Shown: positions 10,761-24,067 of the stretch, one piece after another
Layout of the letters: the number at the start of each line of letters is the position of its first letter
How positions within the stretch are numbered: position 1 is the stretch's first letter
NCBI GenBank assembly: GCA_973895155.1
Contig: OZ316896.1
Span: 5,469,303-5,533,302, forward strand
Reading direction: 5' to 3'
DNA length: 64,000 nt
Source: Marsupella aquatica
Lineage: Eukaryota > Plantae > Marchantiophyta
The notes under the pieces: model-generated
The model's database searches: none
What the model saw: only the letters and a program-made list of their open reading frames with translations
What the model was told of the DNA's origin: nothing
Made by a program: the position numbers and the translations under genes

Positions 10761-13700
10761 ATGGCTCCAAGGTTGCCTCTTCACAACCCATTTAGGATTA
10801 GGCATCATGATTCTAAATTGTGGATGCATGAACAAGCCCGGGCCGCCCAAGGTAGGAGTAGGAGGATGAGATGCCCATGCACACAGTGCCAAGGATTCAA
10901 GTCGTTGAGTTTGAACACTATGCACCTTCACCTGCTGCGGCATGAAAGGCACCCTCGGCGAGACCCTCGGTGGAGGGTTTGGAATGTACCAGCAAAAGAA
11001 GACTCCTCTGATGAAGAGTGGAGAGATGACTTTGTGGATTCTAATACAGCTAGGCGTAGAGACTACGTAGAGCAGGACATAGACTGTGCAGAGGATGGTC
11101 CTGGGGTACAACATGAGAACGTGGATGACCAAGATGGAGATGCAGAGGCAGTCACTGAGGATGGTGGGATGGATGTCCCAAGAATGGTTCAAGAGATTTT
11201 TGAAGACCTTGATGCTTTCTATGACACAGTGTAATTAGAAGAGGACAATGAACCGCAGCCACACATTGGAGACGGCCAAGCTAAACCTGACTTTGACATT
11301 GGGGAAGGTGTAGCAGAGAGGGAGTGGGTGTTTGGGGGCCCAAAACACATCAAAGAAGCTTGCATTCCTATCTACGAGGGGTCGAACTGCTCCAAGCTGG
11401 GTTTTGTCGTGTTGTTGTTGAACATCTGTGGCAATCACAATGTTCCCAATATATTTGTGACAGAGTTGTTGACCTTCTGGCGCCAAAATGTGTTACCAGA
11501 TGGTAATTCAATTCCAAAAAATATGTATGAGGCTAGGAAATTGATGTCTAACCTTGGGCTGAACTATGTGTCTATTGACGCATGCCCTGATGGGTGTGTT
11601 CTCTTTCGCAAAGAGCATGCAGATAAATTGACATGCCCTCATTGTGGTAAGCATAGGTACAAGAATGTAGGGAAATGTACACACCCTGCCAAGGTTCTTC
11701 GTCATTTTCCTCTCATTCCTAGACTACAACGTCTGTTTAGATGCCCTGCCATTTCCAAGCTGATGACATGGACTCCTGATAACAAGAGCAGTGATGGCCT
11801 GCAGCGTCACATTGGAGATTCCAACCATTGGAAATTTGTTGATGAGAGGTGGCCACAGTTTGCTGCAGAGAAGCGGAACTTTCGATTTGGTCTATCACTG
11901 GATGGAGTAAACCCATTTGGAGACAAAAACAACCGTTATTCATGTTGGCCGGTTACGCTGCTAAATTACAACCTTCCCCCATGGATGACTACAAAGAGGT
12001 TTTTTGTCATGATGGTGCTGCTAATCCCTGGACCAGCTTCTATGACCGAGCAATTCATAGATATCATGTTGGCTCCAGCAGTGGAAGAGTGGAAGACTTT
12101 GTGGATAGAAGGGGTGTTAACCCATGATGTTCTGAAGGGGCTTCTTTGACCCAGCCCCTTTAGATTGCATGCAATTTGTTTGCTGGATATAGCAGATTAC
12201 CCAGGCCATGGCATCATATCTGGACGAGTGACAAAGGGCTATGTGGGGTGCACACCATGTGGGAAAAATGTGACAAGTGAGTGGTCGCATGCCTTGCACA
12301 GTATGAAATTTCAGGGGCATAGAAGGTATCTGCCTGCTGATCATCCTTACAGGCACACACGGTCTCAAATTGCACACTTCAACAACAAAATAGAGCTTTG
12401 TGGCCCACCATAGAGGGTCACCAGAGAGCAAGTCCTGAGGTGCGCAGCCAGGAAGGCTGATTGGGACAAGAGAAGTGTCACTGATCGAGAACCTGAGGAT
12501 CCAGTGGTGAAACACGGTGTGAAAAGACAGACCTTGATGGACTTGGACTTGGAGTACTGGAGGGTAATGTACTTAGCCTCCAGCCCCTGTATGATTGCAG
12601 ATTGGAGCAATGGTGGATTGATGTTGGTTACAATCCTCCTATTTGGTTAATTAGTGTTTCTGTTGTTGAATTCTTTGCTTTGTGGAGTGCAGGAATTCGA
12701 GCCCAGCAAACACAATGTGGACGTCATGCACATTGAGAAAAATATTTGTGAGAGCTTGCTGAAGTTCTTGTCGGGTGAGAAAGATACAGGAGCAGTTCGA
12801 GCTGATATGCAACAGAAGGGGATTTGCCCTCACCTTTGGTTGAAGCCCCATGCAAGCAATCCCAATGTACTTCTCAAGTTCCAAGCTCCCTATGTGTGCA
12901 CACAGGAAGAATGGAAGACATTCTTGTATAGATTGAGCTGTCTGAAAGTGCCCTCTGGCTATGCTGGTGCCTTCAAGAAGCATATTACAAAGAATAAACT
13001 TGGCAGTATGAAAACACATGACTTTGATGCAGCACATTCTGCCCCTATGCCTCAGAGGTCTCATGCAGAAACCAGTCCGTAATGTCATTCTTTGACTGTG
13101 CAATGTATTTTGCCGTATATGTGTGAAAGTGTGGGATCCCCAAGGATTGGAGCAGTTGAAGCAAGATGCTGCTTATGTCCTCTATGACTTGGAGATATAC
13201 TTCCCCCTTGCTTTCTTTGATGTTATGACTCATCTCCTAATCCATGTGGTAGAATTGCTAGGGCAGTATGGGCCAGTCAGTACCAGATGGATGTACCCTA
13301 TGGAGCGATACATGGGTATAGCGACGGAGACAGGAAACAGGTAAACAGGATTTTTTTTTCCTGTTTTTAAAATGCTGTTACCAGGAAAAAATCACTGTTA
13401 CCAGGAAAAATGACAATTTAAAAATGTCTCCTAAAACATGTTATTTCCAAAAAAAATTAACAATGCAACATTTTTGGCTAGCTTTGGGCGCTACTATTAG
13501 CAGCGCCGGGCGCTAGCAAAAAAAATTGGTCGACCGAAAAAAAAACTTTTTTTTTCTCAAAAAAAAAAATTCAAAAAAAAAATTCAAAAAAAAAATTCAA
13601 AAAAAATTCAAAAAAAAATTCCACCCATTTTCCTGTTACCAGTTTTTTTTCCTGTTACCAGTTTTTGTTATTAAATCTTGTTTCCTGTTTGCTGTCTTTT

Positions 13701-14863
13701 GTAAACACCTCCGATACATGAAGTTGTTGAAAGGTCATGTGAGAACATACTACAGGCCTGAGGCTTCCATGGCATTGGGGTACATTAAGGATGAGACGTT
13801 GGGGTTCCTAACAGAGTACATGGCTGGGTCTGGTGAAGCTATGACAAGAGTTTGGAAATCTGGTGAAGATGATGGAGTGAGTGGCGAGGTTGTTGAAGGT
13901 GTGGGACATGCTGTTCAACTGCCTGTTGCGATTCGAGACAAGGCTCATTCATATGTGTTGGCAAACACAGAGCCTATGCAACCATGGTGGAGGTGAGTGA
14001 TTGAATTGACTTGCCTTTGTTGTGATGCTTCTTGTCTGTTCCAAGGGTGATCTTAGGTTGTCATGTGTTGTTTAGACCTAACTATGCTTGTACCTCATAT
14101 TGCAGGGAATATGATATGCAAAAAGCTACACACTCTGGGTAGCAGGATCCCTTCCCACAGTTCGAGCAGTGGATTCGGGTGACAATTTGAGAGCATAGTA
14201 GACATCACCCAGATATGGAGAAGGATGTATCTTCTATCTGTGCCACCACGATTGTCTATTTTGACCTACAAACGGATGAGAGCTTATGGAAATCATTATC
14301 GAGTGAGGGATGAGCAGGGTGACCATTGTGTATCATATGATTGTGGTTTGATTTCTGTGTTTGAGCAGAGAACCTCTGAAGAACAGAGGGGGTGGATGAA
14401 GATGGGTTACGTGGGGGAGTTGATAGACATTTGGGTGTTGAATTATGGTAACACAAGTGTCCCAGTGATATTGATGAAGGGATCATGGGTGAAATCAGAG
14501 TGGCAGAGACCAAGGGCCACCATGAAGCGTGATCATGATGGGTTCTTGTTGGCCAATTTTAGGTCCAGAGTACCAGAATGGTCTGAGCCTTTTGTTTTCC
14601 CTAGCCAAGTTGAACAGGCTTTCTTTGCAGATGTGGAGGAGTCACATGGCTGGAGGGTGGTATGCCATAGCCAAGCACGGAACAGGCGGATGGATGGAAG
14701 TAAAGTAGAGTTCAGTTTGGATGACCATGCTGCATTCGAGCATCCTAGTCACGAGACTGTACTTCCAACTCGGGCAGGGACTGACTACATCCCCTTAACA
14801 TTGAGAGAGACATATGATGAACCTGAGGAGATGGAATATGATGAGGTTGATGATGTGCAATAG
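10761..14863 (+). pseudogene. CACTA TnpD-type transposase (Transpos_assoc, Transposase_21, DUF4218, DUF4216) with stops, a frameshift and a MITE insertion
   Basis: CPCTQC..HLLRH; IDACPDGCVLF..CPHCG; LRHFPLIPRLQRL; GLSLDGVNPF..SCWPV..YNLPPW; DYPG; DVMHIEKNI; FFDVMTHLLIH..RWMYPMERYM; EPFVFPSQVEQAFF. GT-AG introns predicted at 12564-12692 and 13993-14105. Confidence 0.95.
13314..13711. mobile_element. MULE-like MITE inserted in the transposase DUF4218 region
   Basis: 8-bp TSD CGATACAT (13306-13313, 13712-13719; a 9-bp reading is also possible); ends GGGTATA...CACCTC; imperfect ~40-bp TIRs with AAACAGG repeats. Removal restores PMERYM-KLLKGHV. Confidence 0.88.
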
Positions 14864-17800
14864 GCAACAACTGGCGATTGGCAAGTATGAGGTTGAGGAT
14901 GACTACCTGCATAGAGTCATAGAACGGGAATTGCTGCCTGGAATGATGTTTAGGATAGTTGGATATGCATGAAATTGATTGATACTTTGAATTTAGTGTG
15001 CTGATTCTCCCTGTTTGGTTGTGGGTGCTGTGCAGAAGCTATGGGGGAAGAGGGTGATGACATGGAGACAGACATGGGGCTTGGAGAGTGGGGTGAAGAG
15101 GAAAGATTGGATATGGATGGAGACCCAGATGCAGGGGGCTCACAGAAAAATGCACCTGTGCAGGATTTAGGGCCCTCATCAAGTGCCAGGTAGGTGGGCA
15201 GCTAGAGAGAAATCACATAATCCATACCCTAGAAGGAGCCAGAGTTATTAACAAGGGACGCCTGATAATTATGATGATGACTATGATGGAGCAGAAGATG
15301 GATGGGATGAATATGAACACCCAAAGCGTGGTAGAGACGGGTACAGAGGGCAATGGAAAGGTGAGGAGGATGATTGGACAAGTAAGTGTCTTGTGCTAGT
15401 GATTTTGTGATGGTAGTAGAGATTTAGCTCAATATGGACTTATCTGATGTGTAGCTAGGGCAAAGAGTTTATCTTATAGGTCCATGAGTGTGGCATGTAC
15501 CTGTTGGTATGCAGACTCTGATTGGGACAATCATGAAAACAACAAAGGCCATCCACGTTCAGATAGGAGGCAATCATTCACAGGCGGGAGAAACGGCCCT
15601 AATTCATCAAGACAAAGCAATAGGACAAGTGGTCCAGAACCATCTATGCGCCAAGGGAGAGGTAACTTGGTCATTGCAGAATTGCTCTGAAGTCCAGTGT
15701 ATATTTGGCAGCAGGATTTATGATTCATACTTACCTAATGGATCCTGTAAATGTGCAGGGACTCTAGGGAGGTTTGGACAATGCAATCTAGGCCATGGGG
15801 GGAGATCAGGCCGTGGAGGGACCCCAGGCCATGGGGGGACACCAGGCCGTAGCACTTTAGGGAGTACCAAGGCAGGAGACAGTAACAAATTTGGTAAAGT
15901 AGAAGTGAATTCCGATGGTTGGATAACTCCCACATGTGATGGTAAGAACCGTTGGCATTCTGACCTAACAGGAGAAGTATTGCGTTGGTTAGATTTGAGC
16001 ATTACAGAGTTTAGGAGTCAGAACAAAGCTGAGTGGGCTGCTATCTGCAAGGACATTCTTGAACGGTGGGACTATGTTGGTAATGATGGTAATTAAGGGC
16101 CCAGTTGAAGATTGCATATCAGATTATGCAATGAGGATTTTGAAACAAGAGAGGCATAGGTTGAAAAGAATGTGGATAGACAATGGTTCTAACAGGAGAA
16201 TGCCACCACCCCCATCATTGGAATTGGATCAATGGACACGGTTAATCAAAGGGTTCATGTTGGAGGCTGGGCAGAGCAAGAGTGAACTGATGATGTCAAA
16301 TGCTCGAGGCAAAGTGAAACACCTGTCACAGGCTGGGAGAGGAAGTTATGCTCCAGTGAAAGAACAATTGGTAAGGCAGTGACATGCCTGATAGTAAGCC
16401 TCAAACTTATCATCTTGCTACCATTATTACATTTTCATTGACAATCAACACTTGGTTTCATTCATATGTATGTTGATGTGGACTGCAGAAGAAATTGACA
16501 GGTGAAGAACCATCAGCACAAGAAGTGAGAGAGGAGTTCATGAAACAAAGGAGTGAGGTGACAAGTGTGACTTCCAAATAGGTGATTATGTTGTAATTTT
16601 GTATGTTTTGTGACTATTTGGCCTTGAGCATCAGAAAGAATTGTAGTAGGAAGTAAGCAACCAGTTCTTGGGGACAATTATCTGAGATATGTAAGCTGTG
16701 TTATGATAGGGAACTGTTACAACTCTCATAGAGATGTGTGAACGGTTGAAGTCATTAGAGTGTGGACTCCCTCGAGTGGAAAGTAAATTGGCTGATCGTT
16801 TGGATATTGTGGAGGCATCTGTAGCGAACCTTCTTGCATTAGTGGAATCTAATTTCAAGCTTGTGATTGAAAAATTGGGTGGTTCCCAACCAAACAATGA
16901 GGGCAACATTGTACAAAGTGTGCCCTTGTTAACAAAAAAGGGAATTGGCAAATCTAACACAGGTATGGAAATGACACCGGCCCATTGTTCATTGTGTCCT
17001 ATGTTCAAATGTTAGAAGTAAGTTTTCATGAATTGAGTGAATGGTTTGAATGCAGGAAGAGTGGAGGCAGAGAAGGACCCTGTAATCAGTAAGCAGAATG
17101 GCAAGAAGGTTGTTGAGACAGGTAACCTGCTATGATCCAGTACATTACATTTGAAAAGTGCATGGAGTTTTGTGAAGCTTAAGCCGGTTGGAGGTAATCT
17201 TTTCTGTAAGAACTGGTTGGATCAACTGGGATCTGAAGTGACATCATGATTGATGTATCAGGTGATTCAAAGAGCAATGAAAAGGATGTGCCCAGTGCCT
17301 CAGTGACCATAGCCAAGGAGGTATCAGGTAAGCTGATGCTTTAAATTCCTCTCCTAGCATTGTTGAGAAACAATTCAATGGTGAATAGATTGAACCTGAA
17401 TATTGTGGTGTGTTTATTGATCAACAGAAGCAGACATGGAGGATATGGCAATGGCAAAGAAGGGGAAGAAGACTGTTCATAATGGTAAGGAGATAGTGAC
17501 AACTTTGTGGTTGGTGACATGTACATGGCGCACATGTGATGAGTGATTCACTTATGTTGGACAATGCACTGAATTGTAGTTGATGTAGAGTTGACAGACT
17601 CTCAACCAAGTGGGAGCAGGGTGAAGCGACGTCAAAACTTGGGAGCAACATTAGATGCAAGTAAGATTGTAGATGCTTCAATTGAAGCAAGTACAATGTT
17701 GGCAGATATTGAGATGATGTTGCAGGGAAATCCTGCTACACAATCGGAAGTGTCAAATATGGATGCAAATTCTTTGAAGAAGAGTGTAGCCAATTCTCGA

Positions 17801-18124
17801 TCACCAGCACAAAACACTCGTGCCAAAGTCATGACTCGCAACCAAGGTATGAATAATGTCAAGTATAAGCCACCCGGGAAAGCCAAGAAAAACAGCCAGG
17901 GTAAGGTGGAGGTGATAGCCACAGCAGAGCAAGTCCATAATCTTCTATCATGGGAGGATGACTCGCAGGTATGTGTGGGTACAGGCATTTTGCGACCAGA
18001 TCATGCTAAATTCCATGGCAAAGTGGTCCTGGATGACCATGTAGTAGTGTTGTTGACTACAGTGATTGTATCTGATTGTAATTTGTCATTTCCGAATAGA
18101 GACGATGATCCACCTCAGAAAATA

Positions 18125-19687
18125 CACTAGTACATATTAAGCTGATTTCCGATGCTCAATTTTTGCGAACAATCGGCGTCCGATTCTTTTAGCATCGAAA
18201 ATTCCGATTATCAACAAATGGCAATATGCCATACTCTCGGCTTTGGATACCTTCATTTCCGATATAATTGACAACGGAACCTTTCCGATGCGTTAAAAAA
18301 CGGATCATATCCGTTAGAAAACACATCGGATCCCTCAACAGAAACTTTGATTGATATGTCCGATGTTTTTTGTAACGAAAATGATGTGCGTTACAATATT
18401 GATCGGAAACTTTCCGTAGTTAATAATAACGGATATTATATCCGATTGTGCTAACATGGCAAAGTCCGATGTTGGGAGAATGGGAAAGTCCGATGCTGGG
18501 AGTATGGGAAAGTCCGATGCTAGAAGAATGGGAAAGTCCGATGCTGGGAGTATGGGAAAGTCTGGTTATGACAAAAAGAAAATTTTTGATTGTGTTAGAA
18601 TGAAAAGTTTTGATGTGTTAGATGGGGTATGTGGTTGCACCGACATACTCTTCCCAAAAGATGCAATCATTCTTGCATGCATGAATAACTTCATACTTGA
18701 GGCAAATGGACTTGAGTGTTGTTTTTGCCTCATTCCAAGACCCAACATATTGTTCCCTTACGGAAATATGTGCTCAACATGCCAAGTCCAAAATACATCA
18801 TCTAGAAGGAGGTTGCTTGTCCCATGTAGTCTTTGTTGCAAGTCCAACAACAACATAGTTGATAAAAGATGAGACAATCAGGAGCCATTGACGCTGAGGC
18901 TTTGGAAGGACCAAAATATCATCCATAACTAATAAGCCATAATTATCCCATATCAAATCTAATGAAGGAGGGCTTTACTATCGATGAATGACCCCTGCCA
19001 GATTTCTATTGGTTTCTCCTAGGGGAATGTAATAGGGTAACTAGAATAGGTCACGTGATGCAAAGATCTAATCTCATGATAGAGAAAAATGGATCAAGAA
19101 TGGGTCCAAATTATGGGTCTTAGTAAACTCACAAGTGTATAAAATCCCCAAACACTCTAAGTCAAACAACAAAAGTGCTAAGCTTGCATGTACAATGTAA
19201 GGAATAAGAACCACAAAGTTAAGCTCATGTTGGAGGAATAGCAATTGGGATGGGTGACCAATTAGTTGAGAAAATTTGAAGAGTTCACATGTCAAGGGAG
19301 ATGGGCACCTAGCTCATAGTTCCAAATGAAAGTAGAAACCCAATTAAAGGAAGAGATGGGTGACCTGAGCATGTCGCGTCCGCTGACATGCATATCCCAT
19401 TTTGATTGCTTCGGACTTTCCCATTCTCCTAGCATCGGACTTTCCCATTCTCTCACCATCGGACTTTCCCATTCTCCTAGCATCGGACTTTCCCATTCTC
19501 CCACCATCGGACTTTCCCATTCTCCCACCATCGGACTTTCCGATAGAAGTCCGATTGTCGATATCCGATACTATTAAAATGGCATGTTGCGATGCTAGTA
19601 GTATCGGATATATGGTTTTTCAAATTTTATTTTACAAAGGCGTCCGATGTGGAGAGAATCGGAAAAAGGAGGTAAAATGTACTAGTG
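18125..19687. mobile_element. Nested non-autonomous CACTA, 1563 bp
   Basis: TIR CACTAGTACAT / ATGTACTAGTG; TSD ATA (18122-18124, 19688-19690); many TCCGAT/ATCGGA subterminal motifs; 24-bp tandem arrays in opposite orientation at ~18455-18565 and ~19410-19545. Confidence 0.95.
19204..19259 (+). promoter_or_regulatory. 5S rRNA-derived internal control region (box A/IE/box C-like), Cassandra-like
   Basis: ATAAGAACCACAAAGTTAAGCTCATGTTGGAGGAATAGCAATTGGGATGGGTGACC aligns with plant 5S ATCAGAACTCCGCAGTTAAGCGTGCTTGGGCGAGAGTAGTACTAGGATGGGTGACC. Confidence 0.6.
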
Positions 19688-20653
19688 ATAATTGCATATG
19701 CAGTAGGATCTCTTGTGCTCTGGCCATCAGAGTGTGTTAGTCTGCAGTGACTAAATGCAAGTGTAGATAGAATCATGTGAATTGTGTTACATTTTGACAT
19801 TGCCTTGGAAAGATCCAAGAAATATTTGTACCAATTTTATTTGGTAAAGAGGATGAAGGAGCCGTTGTGTGTGACATTGATATTTCTGAATTCTGTATGT
19901 ATGAAACAAGTGATTGATGTCAAACTATGGCTCTATGGTGATTGTCTATGATACTTGAATCTGTTTTGTATCATTTCAGTATTAGTGTGTATGGTATAAA
20001 CAAATGCTTTGTGACCTTCTTTATAGTCTATGATGTTTAAATCTGTGAATTCATATTAGTGTACATGGTATAGAAGATGGCTTTCTGAAAATTTATGTGA
20101 GGTTCTAATGTTAACATGGTGAATGGTGAGCTTATAGAGTGAGTTCATTCCAAGTACACAATAAAACATGAATGAAATATGTTATTTGTGCACAAGAGTG
20201 AGTTCATTCCAAGTAGTATAGTGGGGTCTTAATTCATCACTCATTTCCAGTTGACATGAAAGACTTATACATACCCCACAAAGTGTCTACTTTAGTCGTT
20301 TTATAAACCCTCACAAAGTGTCTACTTTAGTCGTTTTATAAACCCACAAAGTATACTTAAAGACTACCCTCCATAACCTTTTGAGTCGTTCCCAATGACT
20401 CACCATCGCAGCCCATAAAAGACTGAAAAAGACTCACCAAACCTACCCACACAAAGACTACAATAGACTGAAGATCTAGTCTATAAAACGACTTATAAAC
20501 CAGTCCTATAAAGGACTCAAGTTGATTATAGTAACAAAACATACGACTCATAGTCCTATAAAGGACTGGAGTCCTTCCCAGTCATTTCCAAGTCCTATAC
20601 GGTATTGAATAGTAGTTTAATGGGGTCTAAATACCCCCCGGTTTCTACTAGTG

Positions 20654-21795
20654 GATGGACCTGGACATACAAGAGGCAGAGGCAGCGGTGGCATTAGAAT
20701 TACAAGGTCAGCAACCCTCGCGGCCTGAACATTCCTATAGAGCAAGGGAGAGAGTGGCACCTGAGAACTCTGACCCGAGTGTGCAATTCCCTGCTGCTGG
20801 TAGTGTCCAGCAGAGATCGGGTGGGAGCCATTGGCTACCGGAGGAGACACGACCACAATAGAGAGGCAGGCAGCAATCCGATTGGAATGACTCAAGATTT
20901 GATCATACTAACAAAGCGGATTATGACGGGGTCTCGGAGGAACCCTTGAATACATGTTTGGAAATGCTGAGGAAAATTGCAATCAGCTCCACTAGTGACT
21001 GGCCTAACACGTTACACACCAAAATCCAATGGTCCATTGAGGAGGCTACTCTCTCTATTACCGAACTATACAACTGCACCATGATGTGTTATTTCACGGA
21101 TCGCCCCCTCTCTTACCGGCCTTTCATGATTGGGCCGAATTTGTGTTCATTCAAGACCTGGGCTGGCCGATAACTTAGATCAAATTTTCCGGTAAGAATT
21201 TCTATGTGATCACATTTGAATTCCCAGAGCACCGTGATTCGGCCCTGGAGCTGGCGCCCTTTTTTATGGATAGGAAATTTGTGTTTACCTTCCCGTGGGA
21301 GCCCTCCTTTGATGCAAGCAGTGACTCCTACACCAAGCTGCCGGTCTAGATTGAGCTACCATTCAGAGCGCTAGTACTCGAGGGCTGCAGGAAAAGGATT
21401 GCAGAGTCATTTGGGAAAGTTCTATATTACATTCAGGGCGATGAGCGCAACTCATTCCCTCATGATAGGGCTTGCATTTTGTGGGACACTGGACAGGAGG
21501 TTCCGCGGTGTGTCGGAGTGGATATTACGGAGGGCATCACAATCTGGCAGCCGGTCATATCTAGGAATATATCGTATCATTGTTTTAAATGCAACCAGAA
21601 GGGTCACTTGGCAAGGGATTGTAAAGCCCTTGAGCAGGAGGAGAACACTTCTAAAGGCAAAGAAATAAACGGGGATAACAGGTCAAGGGAGACGGAGGGT
21701 GACAACAATAAAGAAGCCAGGATGGTGGCGGAAACCTCGGCTGGCGGCAATCAGAGGCACTCTACGAACCCAAACCTGCACCGTCAAGACAACGG
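20654..21795 (+). pseudogene. LINE copy A, rest of ORF1 (DUF4283-like + CCHC zinc knuckle), 3'-truncated
   Basis: NTCLEMLRKIAISSTSDWPNTLHT..; CFKCNQKGHLARDC; close match to ORF1 at 36430-38163 and 58350-59825; abuts a gypsy protease fragment. Confidence 0.9.
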
Positions 21796-24067
21796 CTTTG
21801 ATTGCAGACTTACCCAACATCAAGGGCTGAGCACCAGTATCCAGTAACACTCTCTCTGGCTGGTATATGGCTCCAATAGGCCCAACTAATCGGAAGATAC
21901 CACTCCGATTATCCAATGACACAACACTAGGTTTAAACCTAGTCCTCTCAAATGCAAGGCGTGCTGGTAAATCCACCAACCTTGCTGCTGCTGCATGCCA
22001 GGTCTCACTAGTAGCAGTGGGTGGTGTCAACTTTTTTGCTCTAGAACTGCATGCTGCCTTTGCATAAGAAGCCAAAATGGGAGTATCCTCGCATAATGTG
22101 GCTGCCAATCTGAACACATCAGTTTGGACCAACTCCCAAGTTCAGCATGTCTGTCGTTGAAAATAATGGGGTGCGCACTATGGTTGTAGCTGCCCCCAAC
22201 AAGGTACCTGTCATCCCTGCTGCATCACTACGTGATTCGGCCAACTGACCCACACTAGGGTTTGTCTAAACCGGGTTCATAGAGGCAGTCTAAACTGTCT
22301 CTAACAATGTAAAAGACTGAGGAAGCTTTGTCTGCCGACGTTCATCCCCCCTTTGTGGATCTAGCTCCACTACTGCTCCTCGGGGCTCAAGAGCTTTTGC
22401 TGCCCCACGCGTCAAAGCTGTTGATGCATCAATGTGTGCAGTGCCACACATGAATCCCATAGTGACAAGATCTCCATCAACCCCATAAGATGTGGAAGCC
22501 CCATAGGATGTAGAAGCCCCATCACCAGAAGCAGGTCTCACCTGAGAACTAGCCATAGCAGCTAGTTGTTGCTCCAATTGAGCAATCTTAGTATCCTTAG
22601 GATCTGTGGTCATAGCAGGAGCAGTATCACCTCCCTACCTTGCTACATGTGGCATACCTCGGCCATGACCACCACCTCTACCTCCTCTTCCCTGATCATG
22701 TGTGCATTGTCCTCCTCTCCGTAACTCAGGATGGAGTGAAAAACACCTATCCTTGGTGTGTCCAGGAGCTCCACAATGATCACATTGCCGCTGATCAGGT
22801 GCTGAGGCCCCTCCTGACCCTCTATGATCAGGGCAATACCGCTGCGCATGATCCCCACCACAGGTCCAACATCCAGGCTGCTGTCCAACATAGGAAGGCA
22901 CAGGTCTCTGACTGGTAGATTCCCGTGCAATGGGCTTCATCAGTGATTTCACTAACTCTGGACATTCTTTTGTCCATTTTTTTACCATGAAATTTCCAAC
23001 ACCAATTATTCTTTTCCCTATAACTTGAGTTCTAGAGTACATTGTATGTTATGCATAGATTTATTAGGAGTAGCTTGTTAAGCTTCATATATCTTGATCA
23101 AAAAATTTCAAATATGATATTGATAAGTCTCATATTTATCTACAATTTAGTTGATTTAAATTTCCAAAAAATTGTTATGAAATTTCCAAATTGTTAATAA
23201 TATTCCAGAATTAGTGAAACTATTGATCTTCTCCCTCTGACTCTTACGTGCAGTAGGCTGTGATGTGGGTGTAGATGCAGCCTTTGGTGCTTCCTTGGCA
23301 AACCCGGAAGTCACCACTTTCTCATTCACCATATTGAGCTTGATGCGCTCTGAAAGTGTAAAAACAACTACCAATGTGGGATCTGCATCCCTAAGTAGAG
23401 TGACATCTCTCACTCTGCGTCGCAATTCTCTATCCAGAATTGCATACCAAAATTGGACTGCCCGAGCCTCTGTCACTCCCTTGGTGACAGTGATCAATCT
23501 ACGCATACGAGTGTATGCCTCACGTAGACTCTCTCCAGTCTTGCGCTGAAACTCCTGGAGACCCTTCAACTTATCAGTCCTCACACCCTGATAGTTTTGC
23601 TTTAATACTTCAAAGAACTCCACCACAGGGTTAAATGTTGGCGTAACTCCAACCCCCGTCACAATCGCACCGGTAGGAGTAGCGGTGGATGTTGTTGGAG
23701 TGGTACTGGTAGATGGTGTGCCACTCTGGCTAGTGTTGCTAGAAGAAACAACAGCTGTAGCAATGGGTTGGGCAGCCGCTCTAGTGCCATAGGTGATGGA
23801 CACATAATTAGGTGACCAATGCTGCCTCCATGCCTCAATCTCAACCAAATGAGCCTTCTGAAACTCATGGTAGTCATCCATGGGTGGCCCCTCCAAATGC
23901 TGAAATAATCCCTTCCATGGCATGAAAGGGGTAAACAACGTGGCATTACGTAATGACTGCATATCGCACCACGTATCAAACTCTTGGATGAAGTCATCCA
24001 GATCAATCGTGCCAACTACACCAGAGTATCGTCGTGGGCCCTTTGTAGCCCCGTACATCTCTTCCAT
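21795..24067 (-). pseudogene. Ty3/gypsy gag-protease remnant (element 1)
   Basis: Gag motif LQEFQRKTGESLREAYTRMRRL; two zinc knuckles CWTCGGDHAQRYC and CDHCGAPGHTKDRC; aspartic protease VLLDTGA; RT missing. Confidence 0.85.
22939..23227. mobile_element. AT-rich MITE in the gypsy gag
   Basis: Imperfect ~24-bp TIRs ATCAGTGATTTCACTAACTCTGGA / TCCAGAATTAGTGAAACTATTGAT; TSD reads as CTTC (4 bp) or AT (2 bp); either excision restores the gag frame. Confidence 0.75.

Larger units (their letters stand above)
15036..19750 (+). pseudogene. CACTA TnpA-like multi-exon gene (Ptta/En/Spm-type and C-terminal Tnp1-like domains), interrupted by the nested CACTA
   Basis: ERHRLKRMW..PPSLELDQWTRLI..SKSE..NARGKVKHLSQAGRGSY (16130-16370); FHGKVVLDDHVVV..LSFPNRDDDPPQKI continues as IAYAVGSLVLWPSECV after 19687. 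Start coordinate approximate. Confidence 0.7.
2119..20653 (+). mobile_element. CACTA (En/Spm) DNA transposon, 18,535 bp, autonomous-type but degenerated, with cargo genes
   Basis: Perfect 18-bp TIR CACTAGTAGAAACCGGGG at 2119 and its reverse complement ending at 20653; 3-bp TSD GAT (2116-2118, 20654-20656). Removing the element rejoins LINE ORF1 (WADQ-MDLDIQEAE). TnpD and TnpA ORFs lie inside; subterminal repeats at ~2370-2600 and ~20270-20570. Confidence 0.97.

Noticed and set aside
13526-13712. Lys/Phe-rich N-terminus of ORF 13526-13996
   Set aside because: Translation of MITE A-tracts; only the part after 13712 is transposase.
18456-19740. Repetitive ORFs (MGKSDAG, GEWESPM, SDFPIL)
   Set aside because: Read-through of 24-bp subterminal repeats of the nested CACTA.
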